Source: a virus
Lineage: Duplodnaviria; Caudoviricetes
Virus record (IMG/VR): IMGVR_UViG_3300025267_000096
Location: 1 to 26,307 of that record
Reading direction: 5' to 3' (one strand)
DNA length: 26,307 nucleotides
Positions 16,963 to 25,362 of this stretch are shown here, piece by piece. Made by a program: the position numbers and the translations under genes. The first letter of the stretch is position 1; each line of letters opens with the position of its first letter. The notes under the pieces are model-generated. The model ran no database searches and was not told the origin of the DNA. It saw only the letters and a program-made list of their open reading frames with translations.

Positions 16963-17370
16963 TTAATTCTCCTTACGTTTGAAGTCATCTGCTTCGTCTT
17001 CGGCATATACTCCATGCTTGTATGCTCCGCATAGCTTGAGAACAACTCTTGCTAATGCACGTTTTTCTGCCATCGCCATAGGATATTTACTAGAGCCTTT
17101 ATTAAGGTTAGCATCTGATGCTTCTCCGTATGTTTCGGCATATAAATCTTTTGAAGTTCCCATGGCCTTTACTACTATAAATGATGGGGTTATTGAAACG
17201 GCTTCATAAGTAACATTAATATCATTATTGTATTGTATTTTCTCTATGCCGGTCCTAGTTATAATAGCGATCTGCTTTCCGCCAAGTGGTAGTTTAAATA
17301 TATCCTCATCAATATTAAGATCATTGACCTTTACCAACTCGTTTAAAAAGTCACGCTTGGTTTGTGCCAT
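16963..17370 (-). CDS. Putative single-strand annealing protein (Rad52/Erf/Sak-like fold)
   Basis: IITRTGIEKI...VVKA...ETYGEA...AMAEKRALARVVL...GVYAEDE resembles the annealase core. It sits directly upstream of the exonuclease and ssb. Family assignment is inferred. Confidence 0.6.
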   Translation of the reverse strand: MAQTKRDFLNELVKVNDLNIDEDIFKLPLGGKQIAIITRTGIEKIQYNNDINVTYEAVSITPSFIVVKAMGTSKDLYAETYGEASDANLNKGSSKYPMAMAEKRALARVVLKLCGAYKHGVYAEDEADDFKRKEN

Positions 17371-17591
17371 CCTGATTTCTCCTCTTTAGATTTTTGTTCA
17401 AGGTATTCAAAGAAGTCGTACTGAAATTTTTGCTTGTTTAATTTGTCAAGCCATGCATTGTATTCTTCCTTGTATAGTTCTTCCTGTTCTTCCAGTAATC
17501 CCCACTGCTGTACTGTTTGTTCAAATTCCATTTGACCATCTGGGTCTGGATGATCCAGGTCATCTGTCCAAGTCTCGATGGGCATACCCAT
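17343..17591 (-). CDS. Small acidic/aromatic hypothetical protein (82 aa)
   Basis: AGGAG 6 nt before the ATG at 17591. It fills the gap between ninB and the annealase-like gene. 20 D/E versus 8 K/R by hand count. Confidence 0.7.
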   Translation of the reverse strand: MGMPIETWTDDLDHPDPDGQMEFEQTVQQWGLLEEQEELYKEEYNAWLDKLNKQKFQYDFFEYLEQKSKEEKSGWHKPSVTF

Positions 17592-17958
17592 AGTCTGCTC
17601 CTATGCTTTCAACTCTTTCCATGTATTCTGCAAACTCTTGTACGGTTAGAGAGGATGTTTGTTTAGGTATAAGATGTTCTTCTCCCGATAAGGATTTAAT
17701 ATTCTCCCACCCTAAGATTTCTATTGACATCATCTTATGCAGTTCATCTGCTGTGTGTCCAGTGTGTGATGCGAACCCTCTTAGGATTGCCCAGTATCTA
17801 TTGTTTTGATCTACTGATCGTTTACTCTTGTGCTCCCTTATAATCACCTCTGTAAGCAGGGTGGAGGTGGTGGAGGTGGTGGAGTTGCTATTTGAGATAG
17901 ACATTATTTTTTCTATGCACCTCTCTGCAATCTCATCGCTTCGTAGTACATAAGTCAT
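17560..17958 (-). CDS. ninB: NinB/Orf-family recombination protein
   Basis: EVIIRE..KRSVDQN..YWA.L and TSSLTVQEFAEYMERVE..GA signatures. The start at 17958 gives an ATGA overlap with the upstream stop. Confidence 0.8.
   Translation of the reverse strand: MTYVLRSDEIAERCIEKIMSISNSNSTTSTTSTLLTEVIIREHKSKRSVDQNNRYWAILRGFASHTGHTADELHKMMSIEILGWENIKSLSGEEHLIPKQTSSLTVQEFAEYMERVESIGADYGYAHRDLDR
17860..17884 (+). repeat. 9-bp tandem repeat (GGTGGAGGT)x2.8 inside ninB, encoding STTSTTST
   Basis: Direct reading: ggtggaggt ggtggaggt ggtggag. Confidence 0.85.
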
Positions 17959-18218
17959 AGCTTGCATGATATTATACCATCCTTAAATGCTTTGTCAATT
18001 GTTTGTAAGCACCAGCGCATTTGATCTTCCTTGCTGATGGTTCCGTCATGGCATTCTGCATGGTGTACATAGCAGACAGGCAATGTAAAATAGTCTGGGC
18101 ATTTCTTACCCATGCCGGAGCCAAGAGCTAACACCCTAAGATGGTGGGCTTGGCTTTCGTTAGCGCAGATGATGCACGGCAGTTCAGAAACCCATTTTAA
18201 ATATGATACTGATTTCAT
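17955..18218 (-). CDS. DUF968/Ref-like HNH-type zinc-binding protein
   Basis: YLKWV..LPCIIC...AHH...GMG.K..D..T.PVC..HH.ECH pattern. The start at 18218 gives an ATGA overlap. Confidence 0.8.
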   Translation of the reverse strand: MKSVSYLKWVSELPCIICANESQAHHLRVLALGSGMGKKCPDYFTLPVCYVHHAECHDGTISKEDQMRWCLQTIDKAFKDGIISCKL

Positions 18219-18784
18219 GCTCTCTTTAATGCCTTTATTAATTCGTGTTCCCATTCATTTGTGATAGATAGTATCTCATTGAAGTATATTCTTTTTATAG
18301 AGTAGCTAAATATGTAGAGTGATATGCCTAAGTATCTAGCTCTTGAGCTATCGCTAGATGATCTCCTACCTATACCATTACACACCTTGCAATTAAGAAG
18401 TGTATCTTTTATCTTTAGAGTTCCTCTGCCTTTACATCTGGGACATATGCCTGGAGACACTGATTCCTCTAAGGCCATGTTCGCCAGGAGAAGCATGGTT
18501 CTCTTATTTATCCAATCTATTTTAAATTTACCCCTTGGGCCAACTCTCTTTTTATCGCTGTTTGTTTTATTCCAGCTTCTTGTAAGCGCCCTGGCATACA
18601 ACACTGCTAACAGAGGCTGTCTCCACCTATCTTCCATTGCATATTTTAAGCGCCCGTACATAGAGGCTTCCTTGCTAACTGATGCCAATGCAATAGCTAT
18701 ATTTTCCCAAGGAACCAGAGACATGTCAGCCCATATAGATGGGGATTTTGCCGTTAAGGATTTAAGCGACTCTAAGGCGGCCAT
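18215..18784 (-). CDS. Lambda-Q-like antitermination protein
   Basis: N-terminus LESL...AKSP resembles lambda Q. Zinc finger CPRCKGRG...CKVCNGIG, followed by a C-terminal HTH-like ARYLGIS segment. Size 189 aa, next to nin-type genes. Confidence 0.7.
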   Translation of the reverse strand: MAALESLKSLTAKSPSIWADMSLVPWENIAIALASVSKEASMYGRLKYAMEDRWRQPLLAVLYARALTRSWNKTNSDKKRVGPRGKFKIDWINKRTMLLLANMALEESVSPGICPRCKGRGTLKIKDTLLNCKVCNGIGRRSSSDSSRARYLGISLYIFSYSIKRIYFNEILSITNEWEHELIKALKRA

Positions 18785-18989
18785 TCTTAAATATATCGTT
18801 GAAGATTTCTTTAGTTGGTTTTCTTTTATTCATACTATCTTTCGCCATTTGTATTCCTATGATGTATAATCTAAATGTTTCACAAGCTGTTTCGTTTTGA
18901 TAGCACTCAAAATATAAGTGACACCCTTCGCAAGGTGGCTTCTCAAGTTTAACAGCCCTCATTAAATCAAACAGTTCTTTGTCTTTCAT
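18762..18989 (-). CDS. Small four-cysteine protein (C-x2-C-x5-C-x6-C), probably metal-binding
   Basis: PPCEGCHLYFECYQNETAC; overlaps both neighbours in the operon. Confidence 0.65.
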   Translation of the reverse strand: MKDKELFDLMRAVKLEKPPCEGCHLYFECYQNETACETFRLYIIGIQMAKDSMNKRKPTKEIFNDIFKNGRLRVA

Positions 18990-19305
18990 CTTCTTCCCTT
19001 AATGCTTCTTTGAAATCTATTGCTCTAAATATTATTAGTGTATCGTTATAGGGACTGCCACTTTCTTTTAAAAACACAACAGGTGTTTTGTTATCCCTCG
19101 AACTAGCAATAGCTTGTGACATGGCATCTTTAATCCAGTGTGGAATTGTTTTCCTATATTTACATTCTATAGATAGTACATCAGAAGTAACATCAGGACT
19201 GTCCCCTCTGGATCTACCGCTTACAGGAACTCTGGCTGATTCATCTCCTATCTCTGTAAGAAAGGAGGCAACCCAACGTTCAAACTTTTTCCATGTTTTA
19301 TCCAT
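18967..19305 (-). CDS. PD-(D/E)XK endonuclease, Holliday-junction-resolvase-like
   Basis: WKKFERWVA...RVPVSG...PDV...IECK...W..A..QA..PVV. Likely start MDKTW at 19305. Confidence 0.75.
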   Translation of the reverse strand: MDKTWKKFERWVASFLTEIGDESARVPVSGRSRGDSPDVTSDVLSIECKYRKTIPHWIKDAMSQAIASSRDNKTPVVFLKESGSPYNDTLIIFRAIDFKEALREEDERQRTV

Positions 19306-21064
19306 CTGTGTACCCCGGTGGGATTTCATTTACTGCGTCTCTTGTTTCATGATATGTTCCTAGTAACCAATTGTATGTTAGCTCTCCTATTCCTATCCTT
19401 CCGTCTTGTCTGAATCTAATCTTTTGTACATGAACCTCAACCAAACATCCATCATCAATAGATAAGTCTCTCCATATAGTAATACAATTATCAGCCTTGT
19501 CTCTCCATCTGGCAGAGCCACTGATATCATACGGTGTTGGCACTGGTATCTTTCCATTCTTATCCCTGTATAGTTTAGCAGGGTGTGCTATGATCCATAT
19601 GTGTATGCCGTATTTCCTAGCAAACTGTCGTATTCTTTTTAAGGCTACAGATATATATTCTGTTTCTGTTTGGTTGTTACTTCTCATATGTTCTAGTTCA
19701 TTCCACGGATCAATTATCAATCCTCTTATTCCCTTTGTAAGCACCAGCCGTTTCGCTGCGCTTAAAATAATATCGACTGACCATTCCTTATCATCACTGG
19801 GAAGTATCCATGTGAAGTGTTTGGCTAGCCAATCCTTACCATTCTCTAGGTCTTCCCTTGTCATTCTACCTGTAACACCATCAGTGAATGGGGCTTTGAT
19901 ATATTTTTCTAGCACTCTCGCCATATGATCCTCAAGTGGTTGGTTTTCTGGAGAAAATATAGCGAAGTTCCATCCGTTTTCTCTGGCTATGTTGACCATT
20001 ACTGCATCCATCCAATTAGATTTTCCACTACTGGGAATGCCAGTGATAACACTTAATGATCCCGGTCTTATTAGATAATTTTTATCTATTGATTTCCAAC
20101 CAGTTGATACACCTCTTTCTATACCGTGTTCATATAATTGATTTATAGAGGTAGCCAAGTCTTCTGCATTGTAAGTTCCCTCAATAGGGTATGGTGTTGC
20201 GTGTTGTATACATTCAGACAGCGCTGTTTTACCATACTTAACTAGCACGTCATTGGAATCCTTGCATCCTTCTGGAAAGGATACCTTAAAGCATCTGTCT
20301 CTCCCCAATCTTCTGGATAGTTCTTCCTCTAGTTTATTTCCCGGCTCGTCATTATCTACAGCCATTACAAATTTCTTAACAGTATCTAATTTTCCTATAT
20401 GTAAAGCTGAATCATTTAGGTAATCAAACTTTGATGAGTAGTCTGTGCTATTAGTAGGTGGGGCTCCGTCCGGCACGCTTACGCATGATCTTATACCCGC
20501 TTCCCATAGTGATAACTTATCTATCTCACCCTCTACTATAATAACCTGTTCAGTTTCACCACCAATTATATCATCTATACCATATAAATATCTTTGTGCT
20601 CCCGCTTCCAATCGAAAGTTCTTATGCCCATCTCTATACTTAACGTTTATTAGTTCACCATCTTTGAAGTATGGAAATGCAATGCTCTGAGACATGTCTT
20701 CTAACTGTGGCATGTATACTTTCTTGCTACCAATTTTATTTTCAATTAACGTTTGCTCGCTTATACACCTATCTTCAAACCATTTAAGCATTTCAGGCTT
20801 CAGGTCTGTTGAAGGCAATGATTCTGGTTTAGTGTATCTTGGCTTCCTCCAGTGTAAGGCTGAATCTGCAGAGCTGTACTTACCGTTAGCCAAGTTACCA
20901 GACCAACCACAGTGATGGCATAGCCATACACCTTCTTCTACATTTACAGAAAGGCATGGCGCTTTCTTCTTACGACGCTGAGAGGAGCACTCAGGACATG
21001 GAACATTTACCTGACCAGATTTTCTGGATGGTATTTTTATTCCAAAGTCATCAAAGGTTTTCAC
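19298..21064 (-). CDS. Bifunctional DNA primase-helicase (T7 gp4/Twinkle-like)
   Basis: Zinc finger CPEC...CHHC; TOPRIM motifs IVEGEID, DND and KDSND; SF4 helicase motifs TGIPSSGKS, IIDP, AHP and YDISGS. GTGA overlap at the start. Confidence 0.95.
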   Translation of the reverse strand: MKTFDDFGIKIPSRKSGQVNVPCPECSSQRRKKKAPCLSVNVEEGVWLCHHCGWSGNLANGKYSSADSALHWRKPRYTKPESLPSTDLKPEMLKWFEDRCISEQTLIENKIGSKKVYMPQLEDMSQSIAFPYFKDGELINVKYRDGHKNFRLEAGAQRYLYGIDDIIGGETEQVIIVEGEIDKLSLWEAGIRSCVSVPDGAPPTNSTDYSSKFDYLNDSALHIGKLDTVKKFVMAVDNDEPGNKLEEELSRRLGRDRCFKVSFPEGCKDSNDVLVKYGKTALSECIQHATPYPIEGTYNAEDLATSINQLYEHGIERGVSTGWKSIDKNYLIRPGSLSVITGIPSSGKSNWMDAVMVNIARENGWNFAIFSPENQPLEDHMARVLEKYIKAPFTDGVTGRMTREDLENGKDWLAKHFTWILPSDDKEWSVDIILSAAKRLVLTKGIRGLIIDPWNELEHMRSNNQTETEYISVALKRIRQFARKYGIHIWIIAHPAKLYRDKNGKIPVPTPYDISGSARWRDKADNCITIWRDLSIDDGCLVEVHVQKIRFRQDGRIGIGELTYNWLLGTYHETRDAVNEIPPGYTDG

Positions 21065-21294
21065 TTAGTTCCTCCGTAACTCATATTCTTTTCCTCGTCA
21101 AATTCTCTAATCCTTTCTTTAGAACTCTTTAGTTCTCTGTGTGCCATTAGTAATGATATAGTATTGTTAACATCATCCCAATCCATATTGATAATTACTG
21201 ATTCCATTCCTACCTTATGGATTAGAGTAACACCATCATCCATATATCGTGGATGTCCATTATCATTGTTGGTAAACCTAACGTCTATAGACAT
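21061..21294 (-). CDS. Hypothetical protein (77 aa)
   Basis: Strong TAAGGAG RBS upstream; stop overlaps the primase start. Confidence 0.75.
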   Translation of the reverse strand: MSIDVRFTNNDNGHPRYMDDGVTLIHKVGMESVIINMDWDDVNNTISLLMAHRELKSSKERIREFDEEKNMSYGGTK

Positions 21295-21310
21295 TATTAT
21301 GTTCTCCTTA

Positions 21311-21360
21311 ATATAAATATATTATTTGTTAACAACTAATAATATATTATTTGATATATT
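21311..21360. promoter_or_regulatory. Very AT-rich intergenic element with direct and inverted repeats (candidate origin, operator or promoter)
   Basis: Only 4 G/C in 50 nt. AATATATTATTTG occurs at 21316-21328 and 21341-21353. AATATATTATT (21316-21326) is inverted at 21338-21348. A central TTGTTAACAA palindrome lies at 21326-21335. Function is inferred. Confidence 0.45.
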
Positions 21361-21371
21361 CCTGTCATACA

Positions 21372-21731
21372 CTACAAACTACTTGTTTCATCTTGAAATC
21401 TACTTTTGTCATATTCTATCTTTGCATATTTAGTATCTCCATGCTGGTGTATTCCGAATAAGTATTGTGCATAACTCATAGCGTCACCGTCATGAGTACT
21501 CTGCCTTAATGCCACATATCGTTCCCAGCACTTATCAAATATATCCTTATCCTCCTGAGAAAACTTGTTATAGTGGCTCGTAGCAGATGGACTTCTTCTG
21601 CCTTTATTCCACCTTCTAGGATATTTATCTTCGTAATCAGCTTGCCAACCTAAGGCGTGCCTTATAAGAAATTCGGAAGAAAATATAGGGCTTACTACTC
21701 CATTTGGATACAAAAGATACTGTTGTTTCAT
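21372..21731 (-). CDS. Hypothetical protein (about 119 aa), first gene after the sigma70 promoter
   Basis: AGGAG 10 nt upstream of the ATG at 21731, preferred over 21755. Confidence 0.7.
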   Translation of the reverse strand: MKQQYLLYPNGVVSPIFSSEFLIRHALGWQADYEDKYPRRWNKGRRSPSATSHYNKFSQEDKDIFDKCWERYVALRQSTHDGDAMSYAQYLFGIHQHGDTKYAKIEYDKSRFQDETSSL

Positions 21732-21766
21732 ATACTGCAAGCTCCTATTAATCATTTAAGTGTATC

Positions 21767-21795
21767 AGTATAGCACACTTTTACATATTTGTCAA
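21767..21795 (-). promoter_or_regulatory. Near-consensus sigma70 promoter
   Basis: Minus strand reads TTGACA-N17-TATACT with an extended -10 TG (TGcTATACT), in an intergenic gap facing the replication operon. Confidence 0.88.
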
Positions 21796-21798
21796 GGG

Positions 21799-22032
21799 CT
21801 AGAAATCCGCATAAGGCCGGTGTTTAGTAGCATCCAGGATGGCAGCTCGCTTAACAGAATTGAATCCACGCCTCGACATTCTCGAACAATCACACATTAT
21901 AGCATAGTCTATGTCGTCCATGGTTACGCTGTTACGCGTAACAGAAATAGAGATAGTAATTTTATTATCCTCATCAGTCATCTCTTCTTTTGATTTCCAT
22001 ATCTCTGTCTGCTCTGGTATTGGTAAGCTCAT
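21799..22032 (-). CDS. Hypothetical protein (about 77 aa)
   Basis: GGAG upstream of the ATG at 22032, preferred over the GTG at 22092. It ends just before the promoter. Confidence 0.55.
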   Translation of the reverse strand: MSLPIPEQTEIWKSKEEMTDEDNKITISISVTRNSVTMDDIDYAIMCDCSRMSRRGFNSVKRAAILDATKHRPYADF

Positions 22033-22141
22033 TAGAAATCTCCCTCTTTGATTTCTGCCTCTCGTTTTTCCTTGACTTCCTATGTGACCCACCCTTACGA
22101 AGGATAGAGTAATTATATCTAGGCTTTATTTTTTCAGACAT
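21974..22141 (-). CDS. Small highly basic protein (55 aa); not in the ORF track
   Basis: Hand translation: MSEKIKPRYNYSILRKGGSHRKSRKNERQKSKREISNELTNTRADRDMEIKRRDD. The ATG overlaps the end of the upstream gene by 8 nt, AGGTGA lies upstream, and it fills an otherwise empty gap. Confidence 0.6.
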   Translation of the reverse strand: MSEKIKPRYNYSILRKGGSHRKSRKNERQKSKREISNELTNTRADRDMEIKRRDD

Positions 22142-23294
22142 AATTTTTTAATTCACCTACTATTGCACTGGTTGGTATATCAGAGCCAACAATTTTTCCC
22201 GCCAGTTCATAGTGTTCCTCTCTATTTGTTTTGTCTATAAATCTCCCTACATACAGCCGTCTTATCAGCCCCTCATTTGGGCCACCAGTACCATAGATGC
22301 TTGGCCTAAATAATTCTATAGCAATATGGTATAGGCCTGTTGGCTGTCCTCTGAATGTAGCACACATAGTATTTAATTGTACCTGTAAATCTGTTTCAAG
22401 TCTAGCCTTTGCTATCTCTCTATAGTGTTTCTCATTTAACTGCTCCTTGAGTGGCTTATCTTCTGCTGTCTTGGTTTTACCGCGCTCTCTCTTTATTAGC
22501 GAAGGTTCTTCTTCTACACTACCATCTTTATACAATATAATGTCGTTGGTTCCTAACCATTCCCATACAGAAAGAACAGGATTACCATGATTGTTACGAG
22601 CGTTTTCTCCTGGGGTATAAACCAGATACATTTTTTTACTGTGCTCATATATATGCACTGAATCTGGAAGCCACCTCAAGAATGATCCCATATTATATTT
22701 GTTCTTTGCTAGGTCTTTAAGCATGGCCTTCTTTAGTATTATAGTTCCATCTTGATGATACTCTACATCAACCTGATGATTCCCTATATACTTACCATCG
22801 CTATCCTTACTGCCATCATGTATATCTCTGCCAAAAGAATATACACCATCTTTTTCTCTTAGATCAAAACCATGTGACATCCTAGCAACGTTGCAGTCAG
22901 CAACAAAATGATCCTTCACTTCGTTATAGCCTTGAAACTCGCTATAATATATGTCGTGGTATGACATAGTATCTCCTTCTAAATTATAGTTACGATGTAG
23001 TTTTCCAAACTCTTTATGTTCATTGTGTCCAACGGTATCACTCATGTCTATCCATAAAGTTCTGAAAACTTCACGGCTGTCATCAGCACAACTCCTAACA
23101 GATGGGCTATTAACTTTTAATATATCTCTCTTGCTTGGAATCCAAGTGTTATCAGCAAGCAGTACTGTTGTTGATTCTCCACCTTTACCGTTGACTTTTC
23201 TTAAGCATGTTCTTGCAAAAGGATATTCGTTAAAGTAATACGTGCAATCTTCCCTTACATCCTTAATCAATCTTCCCCACTGTCTATGTATCAT
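22134..23294 (-). CDS. Hypothetical protein (386 aa)
   Basis: Long ORF overlapping the VWA gene end, with a GAGG RBS. No recognisable motif. Confidence 0.8.
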   Translation of the reverse strand: MIHRQWGRLIKDVREDCTYYFNEYPFARTCLRKVNGKGGESTTVLLADNTWIPSKRDILKVNSPSVRSCADDSREVFRTLWIDMSDTVGHNEHKEFGKLHRNYNLEGDTMSYHDIYYSEFQGYNEVKDHFVADCNVARMSHGFDLREKDGVYSFGRDIHDGSKDSDGKYIGNHQVDVEYHQDGTIILKKAMLKDLAKNKYNMGSFLRWLPDSVHIYEHSKKMYLVYTPGENARNNHGNPVLSVWEWLGTNDIILYKDGSVEEEPSLIKRERGKTKTAEDKPLKEQLNEKHYREIAKARLETDLQVQLNTMCATFRGQPTGLYHIAIELFRPSIYGTGGPNEGLIRRLYVGRFIDKTNREEHYELAGKIVGSDIPTSAIVGELKNYV

Positions 23295-24486
23295 TAGCCT
23301 CTACCTCTATTACATCACCAAAGGTACAGTCATCTTTATAATACTCTGGATTAGAATTAAATGCAACCCATATCACTGGATACTCTGGTGGGTACTGTGG
23401 AAAAGAACCATACATATCAGTTAGATATATTAAAACAGTAGGTTCAATCTTATTATCTTCTACCCACTCAAACGCAGGCTCAAAGGCTGTGCCCCCACCA
23501 CCACCTATCTCTAGTTGAACTGGCAGTTCATCCTGAGTATATGTCTGAACGTTTGCTACATCTGCGTCAACATACACAATGATTGTTTCATCTACATCAC
23601 AGTCCTCTGCTATCTTAGAAATCTCACCACCAAATTGATTTATCATTTTAGGATAGCCCATTATAGAACCGCTTGTATCTACTGCTACCACTACAGTTCT
23701 TAACCCTTCCTTCTTGCGTAGGGATGGAAGATAAATTCCAGATGATATAAATTTTTTCATTGGATATTTCCAGTCATACTCCTCTGTTATATAATCCGTA
23801 GCATATTTATACAGTTCCTCCTCCCATTGCACCTTTGGGTTAAGGAAATCTGAAATGTAATCTTCAAATGCACCTGGCACTGTACCTCTTAACTTGCACA
23901 TCTCTGCGGCACTTACTAACTTCTGCTTCCACTCACTTTCTAACTCACCCTTCTGAGATGGTGACTCAACAGCATCATCGAAGGTTCCGCAACCACCTAC
24001 ATCCCTCATCTCCTCTCCATCCTCGCCGATTACCCAGCCCTGTTCAAATTTGATCGGGTGAAATTTACTACGACTCCAATACCCTTCTTCTTCTAGTATC
24101 ATATTATAAATAGTATCTGCTGTCAAATTTCTATACCTAACATCAAACAGCGCATCGTCAGGAAGTTCAACCTTTGCATCTATCAGCACTGGATTGATGG
24201 CTAAGTCTCCCGCAATATTCCAGAGGATGTGATTGCGAGTTCCTCTCCTAGTAAGATGCATGAAAGCTGGATGACATACCTCATGTAATAGAACTCCCAT
24301 TGTTATCGCAGTCGAAAGGCTCTCGGCATACTCTCTGTTGTAGTATATTTTTCTACCATCAGTGCCGAAGGTTGACACCTTTTCATCGCCTTCCTCTATC
24401 GACATAGGGCACATCAACGACCCAAAGAATGGTTGGTCTAACAACGCATGAGCTTTTGCTACCTCTATCTTACGCTCTAGTTCCAT
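23284..24486 (-). CDS. DUF2201-type metallopeptidase + VWA domain protein
   Basis: QPFFG, TFGTDG, HEVCH (HExxH) and WNIAGDLAIN. C-terminal VWA MIDAS motifs DTSGS, GGGGTAF and YLTD.YG. Confidence 0.9.
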   Translation of the reverse strand: MELERKIEVAKAHALLDQPFFGSLMCPMSIEEGDEKVSTFGTDGRKIYYNREYAESLSTAITMGVLLHEVCHPAFMHLTRRGTRNHILWNIAGDLAINPVLIDAKVELPDDALFDVRYRNLTADTIYNMILEEEGYWSRSKFHPIKFEQGWVIGEDGEEMRDVGGCGTFDDAVESPSQKGELESEWKQKLVSAAEMCKLRGTVPGAFEDYISDFLNPKVQWEEELYKYATDYITEEYDWKYPMKKFISSGIYLPSLRKKEGLRTVVVAVDTSGSIMGYPKMINQFGGEISKIAEDCDVDETIIVYVDADVANVQTYTQDELPVQLEIGGGGGTAFEPAFEWVEDNKIEPTVLIYLTDMYGSFPQYPPEYPVIWVAFNSNPEYYKDDCTFGDVIEVEANDT

Positions 24487-25351
24487 AAATTTTCTCCATC
24501 TTTTTGATAATGGATTCGCCTGCTTCTACTACCTCTTTCCTTTTTGACTCGCTATTACGCAACCCAATAGCAGTAGTTGATAGCAGTTCCTTGATGATTT
24601 CTTGCCTAATTTCCTCTAGATTTTCATCGTCATTAAGGTTCAAATCAGGTAAGATGTCCACCAATCTCTTCATTTTTTCGGTTAAAGTCTGGTGAATCTT
24701 TGGTTTCTCGTTGGATAAAACACTATTCATATGGGCTACAGCATCATAAACCCTGTCATATACTGCCATATTAGTACGCTGTAACTCAGCACGCATGCTC
24801 TCTGCTACCTCCTCTCGTATCCTCTGAGCCTCCTCATCTCCAACTGCTACCCTTAAATCTAGGTTATGTGAGTCTGGAACAGGCCTAATGTGGTGTTCCA
24901 TCCTTACTTTATTGAGGAATCTCTCGGATGAGGGGTAATCTGACCTACGAAACAGGCCACCTGTCTGTCGTAGCCTATCTTTAGCCTCATCTATCATGGA
25001 TTCGTACTCTATACCAATAAAATTCTTCTCTTTTTCAAAGTCACTCTTGAATTTTCTGTACTGTGATGACCATTCAAGGTATCTTTTGTTAGGCATTAGC
25101 CTAAATTCAACGCGCCCTGTAACCCACGGCAATGTTAGTTCTTCAAATACCTTAGTAGCATTGCGCTTAACTGCCTGTAAATTATTAAGATACCTAGCAT
25201 TTATAATTATCTTATTAAAATTACCGCACTCAAGCCTACTATCTATGCCGTACTCTTGTGCTACCTTGTTAGACACGTCCTTGTCTATCTTCCTACCACT
25301 AGGTATTCCAATGTCAAGGGATGCTAGCATACACTTCTCATTCAAACTCAT
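24470..25351 (-). CDS. Conserved helical phage protein (DUF3150-like) associated with AAA/VWA modules
   Basis: RKIDK..S, GNFNK, TLPW...RLMP, LF..SDYP and LPDLNL.DD..L pattern, plus its position between the AAA and VWA genes. The family name is tentative. Confidence 0.55.
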   Translation of the reverse strand: MSLNEKCMLASLDIGIPSGRKIDKDVSNKVAQEYGIDSRLECGNFNKIIINARYLNNLQAVKRNATKVFEELTLPWVTGRVEFRLMPNKRYLEWSSQYRKFKSDFEKEKNFIGIEYESMIDEAKDRLRQTGGLFRRSDYPSSERFLNKVRMEHHIRPVPDSHNLDLRVAVGDEEAQRIREEVAESMRAELQRTNMAVYDRVYDAVAHMNSVLSNEKPKIHQTLTEKMKRLVDILPDLNLNDDENLEEIRQEIIKELLSTTAIGLRNSESKRKEVVEAGESIIKKMEKIYGTRA

Positions 25352-25362
25352 AAGATTTCTCC

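Noticed and set aside
18762-18989. WhiB-family regulator (shares C-x2-C-x5-C)
   Set aside because: The upstream first Cys and the G-V/I-W-G-G turn of WhiB are absent, and the fourth Cys is downstream instead.
13893-21064. Inteins or introns in nrdJ or the primase-helicase
   Set aside because: Both ORFs are compact and continuous, with motifs at normal spacing and no splice-junction or homing-endonuclease signatures.
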